Of a stretch of 64,000 nt of DNA, positions 8,795-19,962 are shown piece after piece. Numbering within the stretch: position 1 is the first letter of the stretch; each line of letters starts with the position of its first letter. The notes below the pieces were generated by a model that saw only the letters and a program-made list of their open reading frames with translations, ran no database searches and was not told the origin of the DNA. Origin of the DNA: an uncultured Defluviitaleaceae bacterium (GTDB lineage: Bacteria > Bacillota > Clostridia > Lachnospirales > WRBF01); NCBI GenBank assembly GCA_964533945.1, contig CAZHPA010000003.1, forward strand, positions 1,128 through 65,127. The letters run 5' to 3'. The translations under genes and the position numbers were made by a program.

Positions 8795-11518
8795 TTGCTT
8801 ATGTATAATCATAGTGATTTATGCGTTGGGATTGATTTAGGAACAACAAATTCGGCACTTTCAGTAATTGCAATTACACCGGGGGGTATTATAAGAACAA
8901 AAATTATAGATTTGCCACGCCTAACTTCATATCATGGCTATGGGGGTTCCGCATTGGCAGACACATACTCGTCTCTTTTGCCTTCTTATGTTTTTTATAG
9001 AAAAGAACGTTCGGGCGGTTACACACCAATGGTTGGCGACTATGCAAGAAAACAATACGGGCTTCACCCTCAATTTACTGCAAAATCAATTAAAAGCCAA
9101 ATGGGAAATCAAACAGTTGTTGGTTTAAGCTCAGATATTCCCGATAAAACACCAGAAGCCGTTGTTTCAAGAATATTAAAACATATGATTAAAAGTGCTT
9201 CTAAATATTGTAAAACACAAATTACAGACGTTATTATAACAGTTCCGGCAAATTTTGATATATCTATGAGAAACGCAACTATAGAAGCAGCAAAGCTTGC
9301 AGGAATTTGCGTTGCCAATGAAGATGGAACAAAGCGCCAAATTCTTTTGCCAGAACCAACGGCTGTTTTATATGATTTAATTAACCAAATTCAACAAGGA
9401 GAAATTCCAAATGTAACATTTGAACTTTCAGAACATGAAAAAAAGCTTATACTTGTTTTTGACATTGGAGGAGGAACACTTGACATCACAGTACATAGGA
9501 TTGGAAGAAAACCAAATAATCCTGAAGTGCTTGTTTTAGATGAAATTGCAACAAACAGATATACAAACATTGGAGGTGATAATTTCGATGAACTTGTTAA
9601 AGAGTATATGTTTAGCAGTTATTTAAAAATGTGTGAAAAAGTTGGTAAACGTAAAGAAGCTGAAAGTGACAGAGAAATAGTTTATTCTCAACTTCTTGAA
9701 TATGCCGAACTTTTAAAAATTAAAATAAATGCAAAAGCAAGAGAAGAAGATGATGGTTGGGGAGATGAAAGCGATAAAGTTTCTGCCGGAGGGCATATTA
9801 GTACAGGTTATTCCTATGATGAAGACTTTTCGCTTGAAGATTATAAAAAAATTGTTTCAAAGCTTATGGGTTATGAACTAAAATATGATGATTTTAAAAG
9901 ATTTGATAATATCCCCGAATATTTGAAAGGAAATATAATATATCCGATTTTGGATGTTTTGAAAAAAACAAGCCAAAAGCTTGGAACAAACGACTTCAAA
10001 ATTGATGAAGTTGTTTTAAATGGGGGAATGTCCAAATTTATATTAATTGAGGAAAGGATTAAACAATTTTTTAATTGCGAACCGCTTGCTGTAACATTGC
10101 CAGATTTGGCAGTTGCAAGGGGTGCTTCTGTGTATCACTATTATATGCATAAATACTCAGAGCTGCAAGAAAATTTAAAAGAAGCAGAAAAGAAAAATAT
10201 TGGAATACAAACAGGTAACATTGTTCTAAATGATGATATTTATTTAGCACTTAAAAATAATATAAAACACAAACTAATGGAAGCAGGGCAAAATTTACCG
10301 TTTACTTCAGATGAAATAACCGGTTTTAAACTTGAACCTCGCCAAAATGAAATTAGTGTGCCAATTTGGGATAGCAGAAGAAAATTGGCTTCTGGTAAAA
10401 TTAAATTTAATAAAACTTATTATGATGGAGCTGATATTTCAATTAAATTTACTTTAAGCAAAAGCAAACTTCTTTCATTGGAAGCTGATGCATATGTTGG
10501 CGGCAAATTAATTGAAACAGGGAGCGTTTCAGTTTTATTTAAAGAAAGTTCGAACGTTAAAGACCACACAACACTTTTTCCTCCCCATGGAAGCAAATTA
10601 AACCCTGCAAGCGAAATTAACACAATCGAGCAGTTTTGCGAAAACATTATTTCCCTTTCTCAAGGTAAAGGTAAAGGCAAAAGCTCTAATACTAAAATTA
10701 AAATAACAACAATTCAAAAGCAACTTAGAATGACAGTTAAAAACATTCATGCTTGCCAAAACCCTGAAGATTTTGCAGAAAAAGTTTTGGAAAAGCTTGA
10801 AAGAACTAACAATGCATTGTTAAAACATAGGCTATTTGTAATTGCCAGAAAGCTATGTAAAAGCTGGAAAGAAGAAGAAAGAAGGGAACTTGCAAGCCAT
10901 TGCCTTAATGCAATTAGCGGAGAACTTAACGGAATGGATGCCGCCGGCGACGAATCTACAACAAACATAGAGGCAATACAAGCTTTGGGTGTTTGCGGAA
11001 GCCTCTTGCAAATTAATAAACTTAAAAAGCTACATTCAAAGGAAAAATATAAATCAGCAATACTATCTGCCTATGCAAGCTCTAAAACCTGCATAGATTT
11101 TATATATACAGAACTTGTTTCAAAAATGAATTATAAAAAATCAATACAAACTCCTGTTTGGGCAATTGGTGTTGCAATGAATGATAATGAAGATGTAGAC
11201 TTTGAAAGAAAACATCAAGCTATAGTTAAAATAGTTTTGGCTATTGAAAGCTGCACGTTAAACATTGTGGAACTTTCAAATGCTGTAATTGCGCTTGGGT
11301 TAATTTGTGATAGCAGAAAAAATAGCTTCTCTGCAAAAGAAGAAGATAAACAATTTTGCCTTGAATGCATTAATAAAATTGATAGCTTATATTATTTTGA
11401 TAACAATACTAATTTTAATAAAACGTTGGCAATTTCAAGAAAAATAATTAACGGTTTAATGCTTAATTCGGATGATGAAAAATATTTGCTTAGTAGAATT
11501 GAAAATGAAGAAGAATAA
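8795..11518 (+). CDS. Atypical Hsp70-family ATPase with long helical C-terminal extension (not DnaK)
   Basis: GIDLGTTNS, ITVPANF, EPTAV, VFDIGGGTLD, GGDNFD, LNGGMSKF, PDLAVARGA motifs. Confidence 0.88.
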   Translation: MLMYNHSDLCVGIDLGTTNSALSVIAITPGGIIRTKIIDLPRLTSYHGYGGSALADTYSSLLPSYVFYRKERSGGYTPMVGDYARKQYGLHPQFTAKSIKSQMGNQTVVGLSSDIPDKTPEAVVSRILKHMIKSASKYCKTQITDVIITVPANFDISMRNATIEAAKLAGICVANEDGTKRQILLPEPTAVLYDLINQIQQGEIPNVTFELSEHEKKLILVFDIGGGTLDITVHRIGRKPNNPEVLVLDEIATNRYTNIGGDNFDELVKEYMFSSYLKMCEKVGKRKEAESDREIVYSQLLEYAELLKIKINAKAREEDDGWGDESDKVSAGGHISTGYSYDEDFSLEDYKKIVSKLMGYELKYDDFKRFDNIPEYLKGNIIYPILDVLKKTSQKLGTNDFKIDEVVLNGGMSKFILIEERIKQFFNCEPLAVTLPDLAVARGASVYHYYMHKYSELQENLKEAEKKNIGIQTGNIVLNDDIYLALKNNIKHKLMEAGQNLPFTSDEITGFKLEPRQNEISVPIWDSRRKLASGKIKFNKTYYDGADISIKFTLSKSKLLSLEADAYVGGKLIETGSVSVLFKESSNVKDHTTLFPPHGSKLNPASEINTIEQFCENIISLSQGKGKGKSSNTKIKITTIQKQLRMTVKNIHACQNPEDFAEKVLEKLERTNNALLKHRLFVIARKLCKSWKEEERRELASHCLNAISGELNGMDAAGDESTTNIEAIQALGVCGSLLQINKLKKLHSKEKYKSAILSAYASSKTCIDFIYTELVSKMNYKKSIQTPVWAIGVAMNDNEDVDFERKHQAIVKIVLAIESCTLNIVELSNAVIALGLICDSRKNSFSAKEEDKQFCLECINKIDSLYYFDNNTNFNKTLAISRKIINGLMLNSDDEKYLLSRIENEEE

Positions 11519-11526
11519 AAAATTTT

Positions 11527-11561
11527 TTCCCTAAAGTCTTTGATTTTAGGGAATTTATTTT
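11527..11561 (+). terminator. Intrinsic terminator after the Hsp70 gene
   Basis: TTCCCTAAA...TTTAGGGAA followed by a T-rich tract. Confidence 0.7.
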
Positions 11562-11581
11562 TAATAATGCAACAAATTTTC

Positions 11582-11610
11582 TTTACAGAATATTAATTTT
11601 TTGGTATAAT
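11582..11610 (+). promoter_or_regulatory. SigA promoter of the decarboxylase operon
   Basis: TTTACA-17 nt-TATAAT with extended TG. Confidence 0.6.
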
Positions 11611-11745
11611 TGTTATTATTATAACATTAAGAAATATTTATTTTTATTCTTATCTTTATTTTAAGGCGGATGAAAAATGAGCAGATTTTATTAATTTACT
11701 TAGAACAAGAAAAATATTATAACTAAAAACTAAAGGAGGTAGATT

Positions 11746-13014
11746 ATGCAGCCTATATTAAATTTATTAGACGACAACAGCTTTGTCGAAATTGGAGCAT
11801 TAACAAAAAATAGCACTGTTATAACAGGCTACGGCACAATTAACAATCGGCTTGTTTTCGTCTTTTGTCAAAATGGTTCGGTTGATTTGCTTCACGCTAA
11901 AAAAATCGAAAACATATATTCAAACGCATTAAAAACAGGCTCTCCCGTTATTGGTATTTTAAATTCAAATGGAATGAACATTAAAGGCGGCTTGGAAATT
12001 TTAGATGCCTACGGAACAATTTTAAAAACTCAAGCAGATGCAAGCGGCGTTATTTTGCAAATTTGCTATGTTACAGGAGAATGCATTGGAACATCTGCAT
12101 TTATGGCAGGCGTTTCGGATTTTGTTTTTATGACCGATAAAAGCGGCAAACTGTGCCTAGAAAGCCCCAATGTTTACACAGATGCCAAAAGCTTTGATTC
12201 AAATTCTGTTTTAAACGGTGCATATCATAGCGAAAAAACAGGGCTTGCCCATTTTTCATACAAAACAGACGAGCAATGCATTAATGGTATTAGAGAACTT
12301 GTTGGCTACTTGCCATCAAACTATTTAGAAACTTCTGAATGTCCTTTTACAGAAGATGATTTAAACAGAACTGATGAAGCATTAAATAACCCAAATATTG
12401 ATATGCAATCAATAATTAATTCATTGGCAGATGACAAAAAGTTTTTAAACGTTAACGGCAATTATTGCAAAAATTTAATTACAGGCTTTTCAAGCTTTGG
12501 CGGATATACAGCGGCAGTTGTTGCAAACAACGGGGCATTAAATGCTTTGGCGTTGCAAAAGGCATCAGATTTCGTCAATTTTTGTGATGCCTTCAACATT
12601 CCTATAGTAAACTTAACAGATGCAACTTGCTATGAAAACAATTTACAAGGCGATAGTCTTTCAATTCGTAATGGCGCTAAACTAATTAGAGCATATGCAA
12701 ATGCCACAGTTCCAAAAATTAACGTTATAGTTAAAGGAGCGGTTGGCAGCAGCTATTTAATTATGAATTCTAAACATATAGGAGCAGATGTTGTTATTGC
12801 ATGGAAAAACTCATTTGTTTCTGTAATGGAAAAAGAGGCGGCATCAAAGCTTTTTAATATATCTATAGACAAAACACCGCTTGATGCAGCATCTTATGGT
12901 TATGTTGATGATATTATAGAGCCTTCAATTACACGCAAGCGCCTTATAATGCATTTAGAAATGCTATCTTCCAAGCGCTGTTCAAATCATGCTAAGAAGC
13001 ATTGTTCAATCTAA
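11746..13014 (+). CDS. Acyl-CoA carboxyltransferase domain protein (methylmalonyl-CoA decarboxylase alpha-like, shortened)
   Basis: VITGYGTIN, ASGVILQI, FVNFCDAFNIP, ANATVPK, GYVDDIIEP motifs. Confidence 0.85.
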   Translation: MQPILNLLDDNSFVEIGALTKNSTVITGYGTINNRLVFVFCQNGSVDLLHAKKIENIYSNALKTGSPVIGILNSNGMNIKGGLEILDAYGTILKTQADASGVILQICYVTGECIGTSAFMAGVSDFVFMTDKSGKLCLESPNVYTDAKSFDSNSVLNGAYHSEKTGLAHFSYKTDEQCINGIRELVGYLPSNYLETSECPFTEDDLNRTDEALNNPNIDMQSIINSLADDKKFLNVNGNYCKNLITGFSSFGGYTAAVVANNGALNALALQKASDFVNFCDAFNIPIVNLTDATCYENNLQGDSLSIRNGAKLIRAYANATVPKINVIVKGAVGSSYLIMNSKHIGADVVIAWKNSFVSVMEKEAASKLFNISIDKTPLDAASYGYVDDIIEPSITRKRLIMHLEMLSSKRCSNHAKKHCSI

Positions 13015-13042
13015 AGTTTAAAGCTTAAAGCGAGGGGTTTAT

Positions 13043-13378
13043 ATGTTAGGTGAAGGTTTAGTTATTGCTGTTATAGGTATATTTGTAGTTGCAGCAGCGC
13101 TTGGGCTTATTTCGGCTTTATTGTATCTTCTTAAATTTGCTGGAGGAAGCGAAAAGCCAAAACCCGTTGAAGTTGCCGTTAATGTTAGCGAACCTATTGC
13201 TGTACAGCAAGATGATTCAGAAATTGTGGCAGCTATAACAGCGGCAATTGCAGCAAGTCTTAATACAACAGCCGACAAGCTTGTTGTTCGCTCATTTAGA
13301 AAAGTTTCGGCTTGGAATACATCAAGCTGTGTAACAAATAGCATAATAAATAATAATGTTTCGGGAGGGAAAAAATAA
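13043..13378 (+). CDS. OadG/MmdD family subunit of Na+-translocating decarboxylase
   Basis: N-terminal TM, EIVAAITAAIAA, VVRSFRK..AW. Confidence 0.85.
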   Translation: MLGEGLVIAVIGIFVVAAALGLISALLYLLKFAGGSEKPKPVEVAVNVSEPIAVQQDDSEIVAAITAAIAASLNTTADKLVVRSFRKVSAWNTSSCVTNSIINNNVSGGKK

Positions 13379-13756
13379 ATGAAAAACTATAGAGTAACAG
13401 TTAACGGCACAGCGTATGAAGTGTCTGTTGAAGAATTAGGAAGCGATGGAGCTTCAAGTACACCTTCGCCTGCACCTTCTTCTGCAAATAAAGCGCCGCA
13501 AAAAGCAGCAGCGCCTGCGCCATCTTCCGGTTCGGTTGGAGGACATAAAGTTTTAAGCCCAATGCCGGGTACTGTTTTAGATATTAAAGTTTCGCAAGGA
13601 GAAAAAGTTAGCGCAAACAAAGTTGTTATTATATTAGAAGCCATGAAAATGGAAAATGAAATTGTAACGCCTGTTTCGGGAACTGTTGCTTCAATTAATG
13701 TTACAAAAGGCGCAAGTGTTAATACAGGAGATTTACTTGTTTCCATAGCACAATAA
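13379..13756 (+). CDS. Biotin carboxyl carrier subunit
   Basis: Ala/Pro linker, SPMPG, EAMKMENEI biotinylation motif. Confidence 0.95.
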   Translation: MKNYRVTVNGTAYEVSVEELGSDGASSTPSPAPSSANKAPQKAAAPAPSSGSVGGHKVLSPMPGTVLDIKVSQGEKVSANKVVIILEAMKMENEIVTPVSGTVASINVTKGASVNTGDLLVSIAQ

Positions 13757-13781
13757 AAACTACGGTTGGGGGTAAATCTTT

Positions 13782-14933
13782 ATGGAAATATTAAGAAGTA
13801 TTTTTGAATTTTTCTATAATTCAGGTTTTAGGCTTTTTTTTGAAGGAGATAATTATAAATTTTTAATAATGATTTTAGTTTCTCTCTTTTTTATATATCT
13901 TGCAATTGCAAAAAAATACGAACCTCTCCTTTTGCTTCCTATTGCTTTTGGAATGCTTATAGTTAACATACCGGGCGTTACAATTATGCAAGCTGAAACG
14001 GCAAATTCAACAGGCGGTATGCTATATTATTTAAGCAAAGGAAATAAGCTTGGCGTTTTCCCTCCTTTAATATTTTTGGGCGTTGGGGCATTAACCGATT
14101 TTGGGCCTTTAATTGCAAACCCTAAAAGTCTTTTGCTTGGAGCGGCAGCTCAAGTTGGTATATTTATTACGTTTTTAGGAGCATTAATATTAGGATTTGA
14201 TATTAATGTTGCTGCTGCCATAGGAATTATCGGTGGAGCAGATGGCCCAACGGCAATTTATCTTGCAAACAAACTAGCGCAAGAATGGCAAGGAACAATA
14301 GCCCTTGCAGCATATTCGTATATGGCGCTTGTTCCTATAATTCAGCCTCCAATTATGAGAGCTTTAACAACAAAACAAGAGCGTGCAATTAAAATGGAGC
14401 AGTTAAGAGTAGTTACTAAACGTGAAAAAATATTATTCCCTATAATTGTAACAATTTTAGTTGTTTTATTAATAAGTGATAGCGCACCGCTTGTTGGTAT
14501 GCTTATGCTTGGAAATTTATTTAAAGAATGCGCCGTAACAGACAAGCTTTCAAATGCGGCAAGCGAATATTTAATGTATATTGTAACTATTTTTATTGGA
14601 ATTACAGTTGGCGCAACAACAAAAGCAGATGTTTTCTTAACTCCTGAAACAATTAAAGTTCTTTGCCTTGGGCTTTTTGCATTTGCCATTTCAACAGCTT
14701 CCGGCGTTTTGCTCGGAAAAGTTATGTGTAAATTGTCGGGCGGCAAAATTAATCCGCTAATTGGGGCTGCTGGTGTTTCTGCTGTTCCTATGGCTGCTCG
14801 TGTCGCTCAAAAAGTTGGACAGGAAGAAAACCCAAATAACTATTTGCTAATGCACGCTATGGGGCCAAACGTTGCCGGCGTTATTGGTTCTGCTGTTGCC
14901 GCAGGTGTATTTTTATCAATATTAGGTAAGTAA
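13782..14933 (+). CDS. oadB: Na+-translocating decarboxylase beta subunit
   Basis: [42 protein letters not shown]. Confidence 0.93.
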   Translation: MEILRSIFEFFYNSGFRLFFEGDNYKFLIMILVSLFFIYLAIAKKYEPLLLLPIAFGMLIVNIPGVTIMQAETANSTGGMLYYLSKGNKLGVFPPLIFLGVGALTDFGPLIANPKSLLLGAAAQVGIFITFLGALILGFDINVAAAIGIIGGADGPTAIYLANKLAQEWQGTIALAAYSYMALVPIIQPPIMRALTTKQERAIKMEQLRVVTKREKILFPIIVTILVVLLISDSAPLVGMLMLGNLFKECAVTDKLSNAASEYLMYIVTIFIGITVGATTKADVFLTPETIKVLCLGLFAFAISTASGVLLGKVMCKLSGGKINPLIGAAGVSAVPMAARVAQKVGQEENPNNYLLMHAMGPNVAGVIGSAVAAGVFLSILGK

Positions 14934-14972
14934 TAAGCTCATAAAATCAAAGGTTTTAGGGGGAAAAATAAA

Positions 14973-16367
14973 TTGGCTATAAAAATAACAGATACAACAT
15001 TACGTGACGGGCAGCAATCTCTAATTGCAACTCGTATGCCTATAGAAGAAATGTTGCCGATTTTAGAGAAAATGGATAAAGTCGGTTTTTATTCAATGGA
15101 AGTTTGGGGAGGAGCAACTTTTGACTCTTGCCTTAGATTTTTAAAAGAAGACCCATGGGAACGTTTGCGTAAAATAAAATCAATATGCAAAAACACAAAG
15201 CTTCAAATGCTTTTCCGTGGACAAAATATGTTGGGCTATCATACATACCCCGACGATATAGTTCAAGGCTTTTTAGAATGCGCAATTGGAAATGGAATTG
15301 ACATTGTTAGAGTTTTTGATGCATTAAATGATATTAGAAATATAGAATCTTCTGTTAAAGCAATTAAAAAAGCAAAAGGTCATGCACAGCTTGCAATTTC
15401 GTATACAGTTAGTGACGTTCATACGCTTGATTACTATTTAAAATATGTTAAATCTTTAGAAAATATTGGCGCAGATTCTATTTGTATTAAAGATATGGCA
15501 GGGCTTTTAATTCCAACAAAAGCTTCAGAGCTTGTTTCAGCAATTAAAAAAGCAACCAAACTTCCGCTTCAAGTTCACACGCACTGTACAAGCGGCTTGG
15601 GCGACATAACATACGTTAAATCTGTTGAAGCCGGAGCGGATATAATTGACACAGCAATTTCACCATTTGCACTTGGAACTTCACAGCCGGCAACAGAAGT
15701 TATGGTTGAAACATTTAGAGGAACTCAATTCGATTCCAAATTAGATACAAATTTATTAGGGGAAATAGCAGACTATTTCAGACCAATTAAGGAACGCGCA
15801 ATAGATTCGGGCTTATTAGACCCAAAAATGCTTGGCGTTGATATTGCTTCTCTTTTATATCAAGTTCCTGGCGGTATGCTTTCAAACCTTCTGTCGCAAT
15901 TAAAGCAGCAAAACGCTGCTGATAAGTTTACAGAAGTTTTAAAAGAAGTTCCAAGAGTTCGTGCAGATTTAGGCTATCCGCCTTTAGTTACGCCTTCAAG
16001 TCAAATTGTTGGAACGCAAGCCGTTATGAATGTTATAACAGGCGAACGCTATAAAATGGTTCCTAAAGAAACTAAAGAAATAGTTAGGGGAATGTATGGC
16101 AAAACTCCCGTTCCAATTAGCGCTGAAATTCAGAAAAAAATTATTGGCAACGATAAGCCAATAACTGTTCGCCCTGCCGATTTATTAAAGCCGGGGCTTA
16201 AAGCTGCAAAAGATGAAGTTAAAAAGTATTTGGAACAGAAGGAAGATGTTTTTTCCTATGCGCTTTTTCCGCAAATTGCAACTGATTTCTTTAAGTATCG
16301 TCAAGCCCAAAAATATAAAATAGACCCTAATTTAGGGGATAAAGAAAACGGGGTATACCCTGTTTAA
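14973..16367 (+). CDS. oadA: Oxaloacetate decarboxylase alpha / pyruvate carboxylase subunit B (no biotin domain; TTG start)
   Basis: LRDGQQSL.ATR, EVWGGATFD, IKDMAG, HTHCTSG, YQVPGGM, GYPPLVTPSSQ. Confidence 0.9.
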   Translation: MAIKITDTTLRDGQQSLIATRMPIEEMLPILEKMDKVGFYSMEVWGGATFDSCLRFLKEDPWERLRKIKSICKNTKLQMLFRGQNMLGYHTYPDDIVQGFLECAIGNGIDIVRVFDALNDIRNIESSVKAIKKAKGHAQLAISYTVSDVHTLDYYLKYVKSLENIGADSICIKDMAGLLIPTKASELVSAIKKATKLPLQVHTHCTSGLGDITYVKSVEAGADIIDTAISPFALGTSQPATEVMVETFRGTQFDSKLDTNLLGEIADYFRPIKERAIDSGLLDPKMLGVDIASLLYQVPGGMLSNLLSQLKQQNAADKFTEVLKEVPRVRADLGYPPLVTPSSQIVGTQAVMNVITGERYKMVPKETKEIVRGMYGKTPVPISAEIQKKIIGNDKPITVRPADLLKPGLKAAKDEVKKYLEQKEDVFSYALFPQIATDFFKYRQAQKYKIDPNLGDKENGVYPV

Positions 16368-16386
16368 TCTTAAGTTTTAGATTAAA

Positions 16387-16418
16387 AAAAGGAACGGAGC
16401 AATTAGTCCGTTCCTTTT
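16387..16418. terminator. Bidirectional intrinsic terminator
   Basis: AAAAGGAACGGA...TCCGTTCCTTTT. Confidence 0.85.
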
Positions 16419-16435
16419 GTGCATTGATTTTAACC

Positions 16436-16873
16436 TTATTCTATATTAAAACTTTGCGAGTTAAAATTGCTATAAAACCTGCATTTGCTTGCTGTGAATC
16501 TTAATACGCAATAATCGGGGTCTGTTACCCCTAATTTATAGTACATAGTATCGTTTTGCTGCCATAGCATATGTTTATGAAAATCATCTTCAAGAACTTC
16601 TATTGTGCCGGTAAACATAACGCCCTTAAAAAATCTTCTGTCATAAAAATATATGCAAGCTTTAGAATTGGCACGAAATTGTTCTATTTTCATTGATGAC
16701 GTGTTAGTTGAAAAATAAAAGGTTTTTATACCCTCTCTTTTTCTCGGAAGTAGCATTGCTTTAATGCTAGGGAACCCGTCTTCATCAATAGAGCCAATAA
16801 ACGATATATTTTGGTGGTCTATTATATTTCCAATAACTTGTTCTGCATTTTTCATTATTAATTCACCTTTCAC
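16436..16873 (-). CDS. Pyridoxamine 5'-phosphate oxidase-like (general stress protein 26) FMN-binding protein
   Basis: GSIDEDGFP, FSTNTSS.K, GVTDPDYCVLRF. Confidence 0.8.
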   Translation of the reverse strand: MKGELIMKNAEQVIGNIIDHQNISFIGSIDEDGFPSIKAMLLPRKREGIKTFYFSTNTSSMKIEQFRANSKACIYFYDRRFFKGVMFTGTIEVLEDDFHKHMLWQQNDTMYYKLGVTDPDYCVLRFTASKCRFYSNFNSQSFNIE

Positions 16874-16934
16874 AAAATGATAAGTAAATTATAATTTATA
16901 ATGCTTACTATGTTAATTACTTACTTTTTTGTAA

Positions 16935-17297
16935 CTATAAAAACCCTTTTTCTTTTAGAAAATTCTCTTTGCCAATTTCAACCATTAATTCTATTCCAAT
17001 TTCTTGCATAACAGATATTGCTTGCAACATTTTATTGCCCCGTAGTGACAAATAGTATTCCACTTTCAAAGGGTAGCCTTCAAATTGATTTTTGCCAATC
17101 ATGCCAAATTCCAAAAGTTCATTTAATTGTTCAATTAATACTTTTTGGCTTATGCCTTTAATATTAGTTTTTAGGTTAGAAAGAGAACTTCTTTCTTTGC
17201 CTAATTGCCATAATATAATTGGCTTCCATTTACCCTTAATAATATCATGCGTTAAATCTAACGGGCAAGTATATTCGGCTCTCATTTTCATTAGCAA
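16935..17297 (-). CDS. HxlR family winged-helix regulator
   Basis: CP...IKGKWKPIIL, GISQKVL, PLKVEYYLS. Confidence 0.9.
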   Translation of the reverse strand: MLMKMRAEYTCPLDLTHDIIKGKWKPIILWQLGKERSSLSNLKTNIKGISQKVLIEQLNELLEFGMIGKNQFEGYPLKVEYYLSLRGNKMLQAISVMQEIGIELMVEIGKENFLKEKGFL

Positions 17298-17362
17298 TCA
17301 CCTTGCGTTAAATTTGTTAGTTTTATAGTAAAAGTTATTTTGGTTCAATGAATTTCCATTAT

Positions 17363-17815
17363 TTAATATAAGTTTTTAACTTTAAAATCTTTTTCGGCTT
17401 CTCTGCGCTGGTCTTTTTTAGCAATTGTTTGCCGCTTGTCGTATTCCTTTTTGCCTTTTGCAAGTGCTATATCTAGTTTAACAAGACTTTTTTCAAAATA
17501 TATTTTGGTTGCAATTATAGTATAGCCATCTCTCATAACCGCTCCTATTAGCTTGTTTATTTCTGATTTATGCAAAAGAAGCCGTCGCTTTCTTAATGGG
17601 TCTTTGTTAAAAATATTGCCTTGCTCGTATGGGCTTATGTGCATATTTTCAATAAATGCCTGTCCGCCCTCAATTCTAACATAGCTTTCTTTTAAATTGC
17701 ACTTACCTTGCCGCAAAGATTTAACTTCTGTTCCAACAAGCTCAATTCCGGCTTGAAATGTTTCTTCTATAAAGTAGTCGTGAAAAGCTTTCTTGTTGTT
17801 TGCAATTAATTTCAA
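17363..17815 (-). CDS. smpB: SsrA-binding protein
   Basis: [33 protein letters not shown]. Confidence 0.97.
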   Translation of the reverse strand: MKLIANNKKAFHDYFIEETFQAGIELVGTEVKSLRQGKCNLKESYVRIEGGQAFIENMHISPYEQGNIFNKDPLRKRRLLLHKSEINKLIGAVMRDGYTIIATKIYFEKSLVKLDIALAKGKKEYDKRQTIAKKDQRREAEKDFKVKNLY

Positions 17816-17817
17816 AT

Positions 17818-19962
17818 TTATTCCTCCTTAATTTCATGGTAAATTGGCACAAAAAGGCTTGAGTTTTCTTCTTTTTGCGTTTGCTGTACTGCTCTAACTG
17901 CCAATTCATGAAACGTTAACTGTGCCTGCAAATGTTCTTTACCTCTTTTATCTATTTTTTCATAACTTCCGTCTTCATGCTTAATTCTAAGCTTGACTGT
18001 ATCAGTTTGAATAATTTCAAGAACTTCTAAAACACGTTCTTTTAATTTTTCGTCTTCTATAGGAAATAAAACTTCAACCCGCCTATCTAAATTTCTTGGC
18101 ATCCAATCTGCGCTTGATAGAAAAATTCTATTATTTCCGCTATTTTCAAAATAGAAAATTCTGCTATGTTCCAAAAACCTATCGACAACGTTTACAACCG
18201 TTATGTTATCTGAAACGCCTTTAATGCCTGTTTTTAAGCAGCAAATACCTCTAATTATAAGCTTAATTTTAACGCCTGCAATTGAAGCACGGTATAGCGC
18301 TTGTATAATTGAAATATCTACAAGGGAATTCATTTTAGCAATAATTAAAGCGTTTTTGCCGGCTTTTGCGTTTTTAGTTTCATTATCTATATGTTTTATA
18401 AATGTTTGCCTTAATGTTGTTGGGGCAACGGCAATTTTATTCCAATCTGTGTTTATTGAATAACCTGTTAAAACGTTAAATAGCGCCGAAATATCTTTTC
18501 CAAACGTTTCTTTGCACGTAAAAAAGCCGATATCGGTATAAATTTTAGCTGTAGAGTCGTTGTAGTTTCCTGTTCCTAAATGAATATACCGACGTATTCC
18601 ATCATCTTCTTTACGAACAACAAGGCAAATTTTGCAATGTATTTTCAAACCAACAAGCCCATACACAACATGACAGCCGCTTTTTTCAAGCTTTTTTGCC
18701 CAATTTATATTGTTTTCCTCATCAAATCTTGCCTTTAGTTCAACTAAAACCGTAACTTGCTTGCCATTTTCGGCTGCTGCTATAAGCGAATTTACAATGG
18801 GCGAATTGCCCGAAACACGGTATAATGTTTGCTTAATTGCCAAAACTTGTGGGTCGTGTGCGGCAGTTTTAACAAAATCTAAAACGCAATCGAATGACTG
18901 GTACGGGTGATGAACAAGTACATCTTTGTTGCGTATAACTTGAAAAATATCTTTGTCTTTAAATTCAATGCATGGCTGAGGAGGAAGCGGTTTATTAAGC
19001 AAATGTGAAAATTGCCTCGAATCAAGCATATTAATAAAACCATTCCAAACTGTTAAGTCGAGAGCGCCGCTTATTTCATAAATATCGTTATCGTCAAGCT
19101 CTAAACAATTTTCTAAAAATATGCGTGACGATTTATCCATGCTTTTTTCAACTTCAATTCTAACAGGGTCGCCCCAGCGCCTTCTTTTAATTGATTTTTC
19201 AAGCTCTAAAAGTAAGTCTTCCGCTTCTTCTTCAACAAATTCAAGCCCCGAATCTCTTGTAATTCTAAAACAGTATGCATTAAGCACTTTATTACCTATA
19301 AAAAGTTTGCCAATGTATTGTTTTATAACATCTTCTAAAAATATAAACTTTTTGCCTTGTTCTTTAGGCGAATCTAGTAGTTCTGTTGTTGGCAACGGAA
19401 TAATTCTTGAAACAACCGTTGGTACTTGAACAACAGCAAAATTTTTCTCGTCTTTAGCATCACCTGAAAGCTCCGTAATAATATTTAGCGTTTTGTTATT
19501 TAATAGAGGAAATGGGCGGCTTTGGTCAATTGCCATTGGTGTTAGAATTGGATAAATTGTAGTTTCAAAATAACTCTCTATAAACTCAATTTGTTTTTCG
19601 TTAAGTTCGTTAAAGCGTAAAAACGAAATTTGTTCAATTTCCAAAGAAGGAAGTATAGAACGGTTTAGGCAGCTGTATTGCTTGGAAACCATTTTATGTA
19701 CCTTCTTACTAATTGCTTTAAGCTGTTCTGAAGCCGTCATACCAGATGGGTCTATTCCTTTAAAATCGGCAGCAACTTGATCCATAAGTCCGGAAACACG
19801 CACCATAAAAAATTCATCAAGGTTTGAAGCCGAAATTGCCAAAAAGCGCAATCTTTCCAAAACTGGGTTTGTTTTATCAAGGGCTTCTTCAAAAACACGA
19901 AAGTTAAATTCAAGCCAGCTTAATTCACGATTAAAATAATAGTTTTTATTATCTAAATTCAT
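17818..19962 (-). CDS. ppk1: Polyphosphate kinase 1
   Basis: [45 protein letters not shown]; ATG at 19962 overlaps the ppx stop. Confidence 0.96.
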   Translation of the reverse strand: MNLDNKNYYFNRELSWLEFNFRVFEEALDKTNPVLERLRFLAISASNLDEFFMVRVSGLMDQVAADFKGIDPSGMTASEQLKAISKKVHKMVSKQYSCLNRSILPSLEIEQISFLRFNELNEKQIEFIESYFETTIYPILTPMAIDQSRPFPLLNNKTLNIITELSGDAKDEKNFAVVQVPTVVSRIIPLPTTELLDSPKEQGKKFIFLEDVIKQYIGKLFIGNKVLNAYCFRITRDSGLEFVEEEAEDLLLELEKSIKRRRWGDPVRIEVEKSMDKSSRIFLENCLELDDNDIYEISGALDLTVWNGFINMLDSRQFSHLLNKPLPPQPCIEFKDKDIFQVIRNKDVLVHHPYQSFDCVLDFVKTAAHDPQVLAIKQTLYRVSGNSPIVNSLIAAAENGKQVTVLVELKARFDEENNINWAKKLEKSGCHVVYGLVGLKIHCKICLVVRKEDDGIRRYIHLGTGNYNDSTAKIYTDIGFFTCKETFGKDISALFNVLTGYSINTDWNKIAVAPTTLRQTFIKHIDNETKNAKAGKNALIIAKMNSLVDISIIQALYRASIAGVKIKLIIRGICCLKTGIKGVSDNITVVNVVDRFLEHSRIFYFENSGNNRIFLSSADWMPRNLDRRVEVLFPIEDEKLKERVLEVLEIIQTDTVKLRIKHEDGSYEKIDKRGKEHLQAQLTFHELAVRAVQQTQKEENSSLFVPIYHEIKEE

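Noticed and set aside
8795-11518. Housekeeping dnaK
   Set aside because: Too divergent and too long, non-DnaK C-terminus, and no hrcA/dnaJ context
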